This document shows, one piece after another, positions 39,992 to 49,007 of a stretch of DNA of 64,000 nucleotides (within the stretch, counting starts at the first letter, position 1; the number at the start of each line of letters is the position of its first letter). The stretch spans positions 851 to 64,850 of the forward strand of contig JARGFS010000001.1 in the NCBI GenBank assembly GCA_029211095.1, given 5' to 3'. Made by a program: the position numbers and the translations under genes. The notes below the pieces were generated by a model, which had not been told where the DNA came from, did no database searches, and saw only the letters and a list, made by a program, of their open reading frames with translations. Source of the DNA: a bacterium. GTDB lineage: Bacteria > Zixibacteria > MSB-5A5 > GN15 > FEB-12.

Positions 39992-40015
39992 CTCTTCTTA
40001 AATCAAAAAGGAGAA

Positions 40016-42283
40016 ATGATGTCCGCCCCGTATAAACAGCCTGAAGTTACCCCTGAAATGGTTAAGTCCCACGGACTTACAGACGAAGAATACCGCCTGA
40101 TCAAAAAGATACTCGGCCGCGAACCAAACTACACCGAACTCGGTGTCTTCTCTGTCATGTGGTCTGAGCACTGTTCATACAAAAATTCGATTGCCCTGCT
40201 GAAAACTCTTCCTCGCGAAGGGGACGCGTTGCTGGCCGAGGCTGGCGAAGAAAACGCGGGGGCGGTGGATATCGGCGACGGCCTGGCGGTCGTTTTCAAG
40301 ATTGAATCGCACAATCATCCTTCGGCAATTGAGCCATACGAAGGGGCCGCAACCGGAGTCGGCGGAATTCTCAGAGATATCTTCACGATGGGAGCCAGAC
40401 CGATAGCCGCCCTGAACTCTCTTCGCTTTGGATCACCCGAGAATGCAAGAGTACGGTACCTGGTTGACGGTGTTGTTCGCGGGATCGGAGATTATGGGAA
40501 CTCCTTTGGAGTACCGACCGTGGCTGGCGAAGTTTATTTCGACGAGTCTTATACGGGAAACCCGCTGGTCAACGCTATGGCGGTCGGGATTGTCAAACAT
40601 AGCGAGATGGCTTCGGCAACCGCCGAAGGTGTCGGGAACCCGATCATGATTGTCGGCTCAAAGACGGGGCGCGACGGAATTCATGGGGCGACCTTTGCCT
40701 CGGAGGAGATATCTGAAAAATCTCAGGAAAAGAGGCCTTCGGTACAGATTGGGGATCCATTCACGGAGAAGCTGTTACTGGAAGCGACCCTGGAGATTAT
40801 TCGAGAAGATTTGATTGTCGGTATCCAGGATATGGGGGCGGCCGGAATCACCTGCTCCTGTTCTGAGATGTCCGCCAAAGGAGAGTCCGGGCTGGAGATC
40901 GACATTGACAAAGTACCGGTACGAGAAGAAGGGATGATCCCTTACGAAATACTTTTGTCAGAATCACAGGAGCGGATGCTGGTCTGTGTTAAGAAGGGGA
41001 ACGAAGGACGCGTTACCGAGATATTTGATAAATGGGGTCTGGACTCAACTCTCGTCGGTCATGTCACTGATGACAAAATGTTCACGGTGAAACTAAACGG
41101 TGAAGTCGTCTCACGGATACCTTCGGAATCACTCGTCCTCGGCGGTGGCGCACCAGTTTATCATCGTGAGACCAAGCGGCCCGATTACCTTGACAAGCTG
41201 CACCAGTTTGATCCGGAGTCACTCCCCCTTGATCGCGATTGGAATGAGACCGTCCTGACAATGCTGGCCTCGCCCAATATCTGCCAGAAGGGCTGGGTGT
41301 TTGACCAGTATGATTCGATGGTCCGGACCAATACGGCCGTCGGCCCCGGTTCGGATGCGGCCGTGATACGCCTTCGCAAAACGCGCAAAGCTCTGGCTAC
41401 ATCCACTGACTGCAACGGCCGCTATTGCTATGCCAACCCCAGAGTTGGGGCGCAGTCCGCGGTGGCTGAATCGGCCCGTAATGTGGTCTGCTCCGGCGGT
41501 CAGCCGGTCGCTATAACCAACTGTTTGAATTTTGGCAATCCGTACAAACCGGAAGTCTATTACGGCTTCAAAGAAGCTATTGGCGGCATGAGCGATGCCT
41601 GCCTGACGTTTAAGACACCGGTGACCGGCGGCAACGTTTCATTCTACAACGAAGACCCGGACCGGGCCGTCTTCCCCACGCCGACCATTGGAATGCTGGG
41701 GGTTATTGAAGATATAGATCATATCACCACCCAGTGGTTCAAGGATGATGGAGACGTTATTCTGCTGGTGGGCAATAATACTAACGAGTTGGGCGTGTCG
41801 GAATATCTGCACACAATTCATAATCAAACCCGTGGGGATGTTCCCAGGCTGGACCTTGAGTTTGAAAAACGGATGCAGGACTCACTGCTGGCGCTCATAC
41901 GAAAAGGTGGTATCAAGTCTGCGCATGACTGTTCCGAAGGGGGACTGGCGGTTGCTCTGGCTGAATGCTGTGTCTCCAACCCGGATCTTTCACGCGGCGC
42001 TGAAGTTACGTTAAACGAAAAACTGCGGGCCGATGCTCTCCTGTTTGGGGAGAGCCAGTCACGAGTTGTTATCTCATGCAACACTGCCGAGGCGGCGAAC
42101 ATTATCAAGCAGTTTGAAAGCAACTCTGTAACCTGTCGGCAAATCGGGCTGGTCGGCGGCACAAAACTCAAGATTGATAAGCTGGTGGACCTGCCGCTTG
42201 AAAGTGTCGCCTCTGCATACTTGAATGCCATGACTGGGTTTATGGACACGCGACCGGTGGAACCAGCTACCGGAACCGTGTAG
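40016..42283 (+). CDS. purL: phosphoribosylformylglycinamidine synthase subunit PurL
   Basis: [32 protein letters not shown] and [13 protein letters not shown] prefer ATG 40016, preceded by AAAGGAG, over the ORF-track start at 39917, which would run through the terminator. Confidence 0.95.
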   Translation: MMSAPYKQPEVTPEMVKSHGLTDEEYRLIKKILGREPNYTELGVFSVMWSEHCSYKNSIALLKTLPREGDALLAEAGEENAGAVDIGDGLAVVFKIESHNHPSAIEPYEGAATGVGGILRDIFTMGARPIAALNSLRFGSPENARVRYLVDGVVRGIGDYGNSFGVPTVAGEVYFDESYTGNPLVNAMAVGIVKHSEMASATAEGVGNPIMIVGSKTGRDGIHGATFASEEISEKSQEKRPSVQIGDPFTEKLLLEATLEIIREDLIVGIQDMGAAGITCSCSEMSAKGESGLEIDIDKVPVREEGMIPYEILLSESQERMLVCVKKGNEGRVTEIFDKWGLDSTLVGHVTDDKMFTVKLNGEVVSRIPSESLVLGGGAPVYHRETKRPDYLDKLHQFDPESLPLDRDWNETVLTMLASPNICQKGWVFDQYDSMVRTNTAVGPGSDAAVIRLRKTRKALATSTDCNGRYCYANPRVGAQSAVAESARNVVCSGGQPVAITNCLNFGNPYKPEVYYGFKEAIGGMSDACLTFKTPVTGGNVSFYNEDPDRAVFPTPTIGMLGVIEDIDHITTQWFKDDGDVILLVGNNTNELGVSEYLHTIHNQTRGDVPRLDLEFEKRMQDSLLALIRKGGIKSAHDCSEGGLAVALAECCVSNPDLSRGAEVTLNEKLRADALLFGESQSRVVISCNTAEAANIIKQFESNSVTCRQIGLVGGTKLKIDKLVDLPLESVASAYLNAMTGFMDTRPVEPATGTV

Positions 42284-42310
42284 CCGGTCAAGCAAAGCGC
42301 AAGGAACCTG

Positions 42311-43027
42311 ATGGCGCTCTATCTATTCTCCGATGCTCACCTGGGAAGCAACGGCCCGGCCTCCGAAGCACTCAAGATTGAGAAGCTGATAACTCTGTTT
42401 GAGCTGATAAAGCAGGACGGCGACCGAGTGATAATTCTCGGTGACCTGTTTGATTTCTGGTTTGAATACAAGCATGCCATCCCCAAAGAACACCATCAGG
42501 TTCTATTCGTGCTGAGCGATCTGGTCCGGCGTGATATCAAGGTTGATTATATCAGTGGCAATCATGATTTCTGGATCGATAATTACTTCAGCCAGCAGTT
42601 AGGTATCTCGGTTCATCAGGATGATTTTGACTTTGAGTACCAGGATTACAAACTGCATTGCACGCACGGCGATGGCCTGGCCAAGGCGGATCGGGGCTAC
42701 CGATTCCTGAAGCGCGTCCTGCGGAATCGGTTCAATATCTGGGCTTATCGCAAACTGCCGGTCGACTGGGCAATTCCGCTGGCGAAATTCGTAGCGGGGT
42801 CATCGCGGAAGCATACTTCGAAACGAGTATATGATTTTGACGAAGATTACGAGCAGTACGCCCGGACCAAACTGGAGTCAGGCTATGACATTGTAGCTAT
42901 TGGTCATTTGCATCGCGCGACCATGAAGCATTTTGACCAAGGGACTTATATCAACACCGGCGATTTCATTGATGCTTTCAGCTATGCCCGCATAGACTCT
43001 GACAGCATCCAGTTGTTGTATTTGTAG
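42311..43027 (+). CDS. lpxH: UDP-2,3-diacylglucosamine diphosphatase (LpxH-like metallophosphoesterase)
   Basis: It matches E. coli LpxH along its length: FSDAHLG, ILGDLFDFW, GNHDF, HGD and GHLH. Confidence 0.7.
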   Translation: MALYLFSDAHLGSNGPASEALKIEKLITLFELIKQDGDRVIILGDLFDFWFEYKHAIPKEHHQVLFVLSDLVRRDIKVDYISGNHDFWIDNYFSQQLGISVHQDDFDFEYQDYKLHCTHGDGLAKADRGYRFLKRVLRNRFNIWAYRKLPVDWAIPLAKFVAGSSRKHTSKRVYDFDEDYEQYARTKLESGYDIVAIGHLHRATMKHFDQGTYINTGDFIDAFSYARIDSDSIQLLYL

Positions 43028-43048
43028 GCGACTATCCTGAGATGGCAG

Positions 43049-43258
43049 CTACTCTTTTATCAACAGCACATTGACCGCTTTAGCGACGATCTTGACCTTG
43101 TCTCCCTCTTTGATGCCGAGATCATCCAGTGACTCAATCGTCATGACCGAACTCATCTCACTGTCGGCAGGGATTTCAAGTTTCACTTTGGCCATAATCC
43201 CTCCCTTTTCAATCCCAACTACTTTTCCTTCGAGTTTATTACGTGCGCCATACTTCAT
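43049..43258 (-). CDS. TOBE/Mop-type molybdate-binding domain protein
   Basis: ARNKLEGKV..I..G...A.V.LE......S..T..S...L....GD.V....KA..V is the single-TOBE-domain pattern. I prefer ATG 43258 (69 aa). Confidence 0.65.
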   Translation of the reverse strand: MKYGARNKLEGKVVGIEKGGIMAKVKLEIPADSEMSSVMTIESLDDLGIKEGDKVKIVAKAVNVLLIKE

Positions 43259-43278
43259 GTGAGCATTCCGTCCTCTCA

Positions 43279-44256
43279 TTATCTTTCAACCGTGGCACTC
43301 AGTAGTGCCTTTGATTCGACAGCTTCCAATTCCTGCTGAAACGGATTGGAGGCCTGCCAGCCAAGTTTTCCATTGTTTCTATAGTTTTCAAGTCGTCTGA
43401 TGGTAATCTCAGCAAAAATCGGGTCCAGGTCCAGGGTCAGACATCTCCGGCCCAGTCGTTCACAGGCCAACAGGGTTGTTCCGGAGTGGGAAAAGAAATC
43501 AAGGACCGTCTCCCCCATGACCGATGAAGATTCCACAATTCGTTCAATTGCTTTCAACGGCTTCTGCGCATAGCAGCCGGAGACGTTTTCTTCCATCCTG
43601 TAGAAGACCTGTTGAATATCGACCCAGACATTCCCCGGCCGGATCGTCTCAGACCGGCTTCGCTCCCCGTTCTCGGTTCGTGCCCCGGCGACCTCCTTGA
43701 AGTAACCGGACAGGAGCCTCGGGATATCTGTGTATTGTACTTCGAATTTCGGATTCCCCTTACTGTACGATATCAACTCCTGCCGGACAGCCATCCAGTT
43801 TTTCTGAGTTCCATATCCACGCTGGTTCCGCATGGTCACAAAGGAGCGGGAGTCAAACTGGCTCTCGGCCATCATCTGTAGGAACTGGCCCAGCGGCTGA
43901 AAATGATCATTCTGATCCGCCCCCATCCAGATATAGAGGGCGGCGTTGTCGGCCAGCAGTTCAAAGCTGCTATTCACCCAGAGTCGACACCAATTAATAA
44001 AGGCTGTGACCGAACTCTTTTTTTCCATGACCAGATTGTACGGCGGATCATGCACGGCCAAGGTGGGGGGCGCAAACTCGCCCGCCCGGTAGAGCTCTGT
44101 GGTTAGGTCCGAATTGGTTGCATCCCCGCAGCCGACCAGATGCTTCTTCTCCGGGTCGGACCAATACTCCCCCGGTTTCAGTCTACAGTAGGGCAGGAAG
44201 TTGGCGCGAATCGATTTTTCGGCGGTATCAAGCCTCGGCAACGGGAATCGTTTCAT
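43279..44256 (-). CDS. DNA methyltransferase, N6A/N4C family, beta class (orphan)
   Basis: CGDATNSD near the N-terminus, catalytic motif IV HDPPYN, then SAM motif I VLDFFSHSGTT near the C-terminus. The order IV before I defines the beta class. No endonuclease gene is adjacent. Confidence 0.8.
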   Translation of the reverse strand: MKRFPLPRLDTAEKSIRANFLPYCRLKPGEYWSDPEKKHLVGCGDATNSDLTTELYRAGEFAPPTLAVHDPPYNLVMEKKSSVTAFINWCRLWVNSSFELLADNAALYIWMGADQNDHFQPLGQFLQMMAESQFDSRSFVTMRNQRGYGTQKNWMAVRQELISYSKGNPKFEVQYTDIPRLLSGYFKEVAGARTENGERSRSETIRPGNVWVDIQQVFYRMEENVSGCYAQKPLKAIERIVESSSVMGETVLDFFSHSGTTLLACERLGRRCLTLDLDPIFAEITIRRLENYRNNGKLGWQASNPFQQELEAVESKALLSATVER

Positions 44257-44315
44257 GGTTTCATAGAATCAGAACCGGCCGGGCTGATCAACAAAAAGTC
44301 TCTTGCAGACCGAAC

Positions 44316-44897
44316 TCAATAAGCCAGAGCGGCAATGGTAATGACAAATTGCGAATGGTTATACTCTATCGCTGAATCGGATGTTTTCCCAAATGAGAAG
44401 GAAGTATGAATCTGCAGGTGCCGCCTGAACTCATACCCGCCCCCCAGGAGCAGACCAAATCCGGGATCATGGGAATCATAGTCACTACCAGGCGATATAT
44501 AACTCTGAAGTCCGAGACCACCCACTATGTAAGCGCGACTATCCAGTCCGAAATAATGCTGCCAGCCCACCCCACTGAACCCCTGAACAAAATTCAGATT
44601 TTTCCCCGAAGTGACGGAAGTTGAGAAAACAACCGCGTCTTCAAAGTAAGCCAGCAGGTTTTTCTCATTGAGCGCATAGCCGATTACAAAATTCAGGGCC
44701 AGTCCGGTTCTGTCGGTACTGGTGTCCGGAAGAAGATCGGCCGATGTATGCGCAGCCGGTCCGATCCCGAGTCCGCCTCCCAGCACAAACCCTTGCCGGA
44801 CGCCATCAAAACCGGAGGCGGTGACGGCCAGAGTAGCCGTCAGCATGATTGATAGCCGGAGCGGCTTGAGCCTTGAGATTTTCCTGGTCGGTTTCAT
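44316..44897 (-). CDS. small outer-membrane beta-barrel protein
   Basis: Signal peptide, alternating Gly/aromatic-hydrophobic strands (GGGLGIG, GLLLGGGYEF) and a C-terminal aromatic residue (…AALAY). Confidence 0.55.
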   Translation of the reverse strand: MKPTRKISRLKPLRLSIMLTATLAVTASGFDGVRQGFVLGGGLGIGPAAHTSADLLPDTSTDRTGLALNFVIGYALNEKNLLAYFEDAVVFSTSVTSGKNLNFVQGFSGVGWQHYFGLDSRAYIVGGLGLQSYISPGSDYDSHDPGFGLLLGGGYEFRRHLQIHTSFSFGKTSDSAIEYNHSQFVITIAALAY

Positions 44898-45095
44898 CGG
44901 TATAAATCATAGGGAGAGTATCGAGCCATTTCAACAACAGACCTTGTGGCCGGCGGTTATGACGGACTCTCGACCGGGCATCCGATTATGGTAATTGACC
45001 AGCAACGTCATCAGTCACAACGGCTTACGAGGCGAGCTTTCATTTTACCCTATTTGCGTTTGATTAATCAGAAAAATTGTATATTTTGTAGAGTT

Positions 45096-45584
45096 ATGAG
45101 TGACAAAATCTTATGGGCCCCCTGGCGCTACAAATTTATCAAGAGCAAGAAAGAGAAAGGGTGCGTGTTCTGCAACCGGATCAAGATGAAAGATACGGTC
45201 AAGAACCTGATTGTCCATCGGGGCAAGAAGGTCTGCGTAATTATGAACAAGTATCCTTACAATACCGGGCATGCGATGGTGGTACCTTACCGGCATCTCG
45301 GGCAGGTCGAGCGCATGACCCTTGAGGAGTCAACAGAGTTTTTTGAAACCACCCGTTTTGCCGTCAAAGTGATTAAGAAGGCGCTTGGTCCGGACTCCAT
45401 GAACTTGGGGATGAACCTGGGACGCATCTCCGGGGCGGGCATCCCGGGACATATTCATATGCATATTGTTCCGCGCTGGAGCGGGGATACCAATTTTATG
45501 CCGGTGGTAGGCAGGACCGAAGTCATCTCGGTTCCACTTGAACCGATCTATCGGAAGCTGGTAGAGGAGTTCTCCCGCCAATGA
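45096..45584 (+). CDS. HIT-family nucleotide hydrolase/phosphorylase (GalT/Ap4A-phosphorylase-like branch)
   Basis: PWRYKFI...CVFC (N-terminal Cys motif), NKYPYNTGHAMVVP and the histidine triad GHIHMHIVPR. I prefer ATG 45096. Confidence 0.8.
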   Translation: MSDKILWAPWRYKFIKSKKEKGCVFCNRIKMKDTVKNLIVHRGKKVCVIMNKYPYNTGHAMVVPYRHLGQVERMTLEESTEFFETTRFAVKVIKKALGPDSMNLGMNLGRISGAGIPGHIHMHIVPRWSGDTNFMPVVGRTEVISVPLEPIYRKLVEEFSRQ

Positions 45585-47221
45585 GCCCGCGCAAGAAAAT
45601 CCCAACAAAAACCGAACTGCTGCAGTTACAGAAACTGTACCGGACCGACGAGAAAATTGGGGAGCGGCTTGGTGGTGTCCCCGCCTATCTGGTCGCCTAT
45701 TGGAGACGCAAGAAAGGGGTGCCGAAATACTCGCTGCCGAAATTTTCCGAGAATGAAATACGGACGCTGTGGGAACGGTATGGGGATGATGACAAATGCG
45801 GGCTGGAGCTGGGCATCTCCAAGGCCGCTTTTTACAACTGGCGGAGACGGTATGGGATTCGGGAAAAACCGGCCTTTCTTAAGCTGGAACAACTGGAGCT
45901 GAATTTCCCCGGCCTGCGCTCAAGTACTGGTTCCATCACACTTTTTGGAGAGCAGACGGTCGCTCAGAAAATCCTGGCCAGGTTGGCTTCGGCCCAGAAG
46001 GCGGAGATCGGACAGCAGATAGAGATTGAACCGAACCTGATTGTCTGCAATTCTGATACTTCGGATGTTATCGATGCATTCAAGGCGCTGGGCAACGGAT
46101 ATGTCAAGAATCCGAATCGGATAGCCTTCTCTCTGGCATTGCCGGATGATATCAACGGCAATCAGGCGGCAACGAACCAGACCATACGGGAGTTTGCCCG
46201 TCGCCAGACGATTAAATCCGTCTTTGAATTTGCTCAGGGCTCCTGCCACCAGGTGCTGGTTGAATCCGGTATGATCAAACCGGGAGAACTTATTACCGGC
46301 TGCGAAGCGGGACTGCACGGATACGGCTCTGTCTCCGCCCTGGCTGTCTCGCATTCGGCTGAAGTTGTGGCCAATTCTTGGGCCAGCGGCACGCTGACTA
46401 TGGAAGTCCCGCCCTCGATCCGAATTGATGTCAACGGCCGCCGGGTTCGCTCGGTTATGGCCAAGGATGTGGCTCTGTACGTCAGCAGCCAGATCAAAAA
46501 AGAGGATTCCGAAAACCGGATCGTGGAGTATCACGGCACTTTGATTTCCCAGTCCAGTATGAGTGAGCGCTTTACACTGGCCGGGATGGCGCATACGCTA
46601 AAGGCGCGCGGGGCAATCTGCCATTTTGATTCAACCATTCGCCGCTATTTGACCAATCGAAATAATTCCCAATATGCCCCGGTAGTAGCTGACAAAGATG
46701 CAATCTATGACGGTCTCTATCAGATGAATATCGACCATCTCCCTCCCCAGATTGCCGGTCCGAATTCCTTTGAGAGTATCAGGGCTGTTTCGGAACTGGA
46801 AGATACCCATATAGACCAGGTGGTGCTGGGGACCTGTGCCAGTGGACGATTTGATGATCTCCGGATTGGGGCCGAGATTATTAAAGGGAAAAAGATCAGC
46901 AAGAACTGTCGGCTGCTGGTCGTGCCGGGCTCCACCGCCGTCTATCTTGAGGCGGTCAAGAAAGGGCTGATCAGGGCCTACATTGAGGCTGGGGCGATCA
47001 TCATGTATCCCGGTTATGGACACTCGCCGCAGGCAATTTTGAATCTACTCGCTCCCGGTGAAAAATGTCTGGCTACTATTGGGAATATGCCGGAGCTATC
47101 GACCGAAGAACAGATTCAGAACGAAGCTAACCCGCCTGAGATATTCATCTGCTCCCCGGCCACCGCGGCGGCCTCGGCTCTGACCGGTTCCATCACCGAC
47201 CCGACCCGGTATTTGTCATAG
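45581..47221 (+). CDS. tandem-HTH N-terminus fused to a degenerate aconitase-superfamily (LeuC/HacA-like) domain
   Basis: The start overlaps the HIT stop (ATGA). Two HTH-like repeats are present (…GGVPAYLVAYWRRKKGV / …GISKAAFYNWRRRYGI). The LeuC-like body (GSCHQVL, GTCASGRFDDL, LLVVPGS) has GDSHT replaced by GCEAGL, PGCxxC by PGYGHSPQ and SNRNFEGR by IGNMPELS. Confidence 0.7.
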   Translation: MSPRKKIPTKTELLQLQKLYRTDEKIGERLGGVPAYLVAYWRRKKGVPKYSLPKFSENEIRTLWERYGDDDKCGLELGISKAAFYNWRRRYGIREKPAFLKLEQLELNFPGLRSSTGSITLFGEQTVAQKILARLASAQKAEIGQQIEIEPNLIVCNSDTSDVIDAFKALGNGYVKNPNRIAFSLALPDDINGNQAATNQTIREFARRQTIKSVFEFAQGSCHQVLVESGMIKPGELITGCEAGLHGYGSVSALAVSHSAEVVANSWASGTLTMEVPPSIRIDVNGRRVRSVMAKDVALYVSSQIKKEDSENRIVEYHGTLISQSSMSERFTLAGMAHTLKARGAICHFDSTIRRYLTNRNNSQYAPVVADKDAIYDGLYQMNIDHLPPQIAGPNSFESIRAVSELEDTHIDQVVLGTCASGRFDDLRIGAEIIKGKKISKNCRLLVVPGSTAVYLEAVKKGLIRAYIEAGAIIMYPGYGHSPQAILNLLAPGEKCLATIGNMPELSTEEQIQNEANPPEIFICSPATAAASALTGSITDPTRYLS

Positions 47222-47389
47222 GATTCACAGAAGCAGAATTGGCGGGACCGTAAAGGACCCGATCTACAGTTTTGTAGCTTCTTACTGACCGGTTCCATCA
47301 CCGGCCCGACCCGGTATTTGTCTTAGGATTCACGTAAGCAAAATTGTCGGGACCGTAAAGGACCCGATCTACAGTTTTGTAGCTTCTTA
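47180..47389. repeat. 105-bp tandem duplication (2 copies, 6 mismatches by hand alignment)
   Basis: Copy 1 spans 47180-47284 and copy 2 spans 47285-47389. Each contains the last 13 codons plus stop of the upstream gene (LTGSIT(D/G)PTRYLS*) and a GGGACC-GTAAA-GGACCC REP-like hairpin plus a ctaca/tgtag hairpin. Confidence 0.9.
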
Positions 47390-47396
47390 CAATTAC

Positions 47397-47744
47397 CTAC
47401 TCGATCTCTGTTTTTTCATCCACTTCCTCATCCTTTCCCGCTTCCTCATCCTCAGGATTGTCATCAAGCAGACGGGACAATGGGGTCAGCAGGAACAATA
47501 CGAGTACCAGCATCGGGATAAAAATTGGCAGGTACTGTTGGTAGACAGGGATATTGACACTTGGTTGAGTCGGCATTGGACTTGTGGGCTCTCCATGCCT
47601 GACCCAGCCGCCGGACTGGTCGGGCAGCCAGCAGTCCTCTCCCTGCCAGATACTATAGGAGTCACCATAGCTCGCTTTGAGCACAACGGTCGGGATCAGG
47701 TAGAGCAGGATCAGGAGCATCAGGAAAACCAGGTTGCGTTTCAT
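47397..47744 (-). CDS. small membrane protein with acidic C-terminal tail
   Basis: 115 aa with two hydrophobic helices and the tail DDNPEDEEAGKDEEVDEKTEIE. No family recognised. Confidence 0.45.
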   Translation of the reverse strand: MKRNLVFLMLLILLYLIPTVVLKASYGDSYSIWQGEDCWLPDQSGGWVRHGEPTSPMPTQPSVNIPVYQQYLPIFIPMLVLVLFLLTPLSRLLDDNPEDEEAGKDEEVDEKTEIE

Positions 47745-47810
47745 GCCCCATGTTACTGATCCGGGTGGTCGAAGTCAATCAGCGGCAGTCTAAAACAGCG
47801 TAATTTGAGT

Positions 47811-47839
47811 TTGCGCCTTCCCCCCTCTCTTGTTATTAT
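47811..47839 (+). promoter_or_regulatory. possible sigma70-like promoter for ppa (TTGCGC-17-TATTAT)
   Basis: Hexamers and spacing were counted by hand, 28 nt upstream of the ATG. Confidence 0.3.
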
Positions 47840-47866
47840 GCCAAAAATTGAAACAAAGCAGGTAAT

Positions 47867-48409
47867 ATGACAAATCCCTGGCACGACGTTAGTCCTGGGA
47901 TAAGCCCGGAAGATTTATTCTACTCCATTATTGAAATATCCAAAGGCTCCAAAAATAAGTACGAGTTGGACAAAGTGACCGGACTGCTGAAAGCTGACCG
48001 GGTACTCTATAGTTCGGTACATTACCCGGCCAACTACGGCTTTGTGCCCCAGAGTTATTGCGATGATGGTGACCCGCTGGATGTACTGGTTCTTTGTCAG
48101 GAACCGATTGTCCCGCTCTGCATTGTCGAATGCCGCGCGATTGGTATGATTACCATGAGCGATGAGATGGGACGGGATGATAAGATCATCGCCGTTCATG
48201 CCAACGACCCGGCCTACAACAGCTATCAGGACATTTCCGCCCTTCCGCCGCACGTCATTGTGGAACTGAAACGCTTTTTCCAGGACTACAAAATTCTGGA
48301 ACACAAGGAAGTTGTGATCGACAATCTTCGCGGAAGAATAGATGCGGTGAACTGCATCAAAGAGGGATTGGAATTGTACCAGCAGGAATTTATAAAAAAC
48401 AAAAAGTAA
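47867..48409 (+). CDS. ppa: inorganic pyrophosphatase (family I)
   Basis: IEISKGSKNKYE.D, YP.NYGF.PQ and DGDP.DVLVL. Confidence 0.95.
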   Translation: MTNPWHDVSPGISPEDLFYSIIEISKGSKNKYELDKVTGLLKADRVLYSSVHYPANYGFVPQSYCDDGDPLDVLVLCQEPIVPLCIVECRAIGMITMSDEMGRDDKIIAVHANDPAYNSYQDISALPPHVIVELKRFFQDYKILEHKEVVIDNLRGRIDAVNCIKEGLELYQQEFIKNKK

Positions 48410-48431
48410 CCGGTCACGGTAGGGAGTTGTC

Positions 48432-48989
48432 ATGTCGCAAAAAGAAAGGTATCCGACCCAACCCTCTCTGGTAGGACGCAAGGTCTACCTGAGGCCGGCC
48501 ACTGCCGATGATATCCTCAGTCACCATACCTGGTTTGTCCAATCAGAACCGCAAACACAGTCTTGTCGTCCGCATCCGTTTCGGTCTGCGTCCGAGACCG
48601 CCGAAGCTTACAAAAAGAAGGAAAAGAGCCCCTATGATCAGCGTTTTGCTATCGTGCGCAAAACCGATAAGCTCCTGGTCGGCTCGATCTCCTTTTTTAA
48701 TTACAACAATCTGAATCGGTCCGCGGAACTGGGAATCTTGATTGACCCGGACGAGCGGAAGAACGGCTTTGCGCAGGACGCTATGAAAACCCTGATCGGT
48801 TTCCTGTTTCTCCAGCGCGATCTTTACAAAGTCCACGCCCAGACCTGGGAGAAGAACAGCGGGTCAATCAAATTGCTGGAGTCAATCGGTTTCAGCCGGG
48901 ACGGGGTCTTGCGTAACCACCACTTCCACAACGGGGAATTCAGCGCCGACTATATCTATTCACTGCTCAGAGCCGAGGTAGACTGGTAG
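48432..48989 (+). CDS. GNAT-family N-acetyltransferase (RimJ/RimL-like)
   Basis: V.LRPAT..D, and the acetyl-CoA pocket region RKNGFAQDAMKTLI.F.F....L.KV.A. Confidence 0.75.
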   Translation: MSQKERYPTQPSLVGRKVYLRPATADDILSHHTWFVQSEPQTQSCRPHPFRSASETAEAYKKKEKSPYDQRFAIVRKTDKLLVGSISFFNYNNLNRSAELGILIDPDERKNGFAQDAMKTLIGFLFLQRDLYKVHAQTWEKNSGSIKLLESIGFSRDGVLRNHHFHNGEFSADYIYSLLRAEVDW

Positions 48990-49007
48990 CGAATAGAATC
49001 TATCCTA

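Noticed and set aside
45920-46594. 224-aa antisense ORF inside the aconitase-like gene
   Set aside because: It is a shadow ORF opposite a sequence with end-to-end family similarity on the plus strand, and its composition is Arg/Gly-rich.
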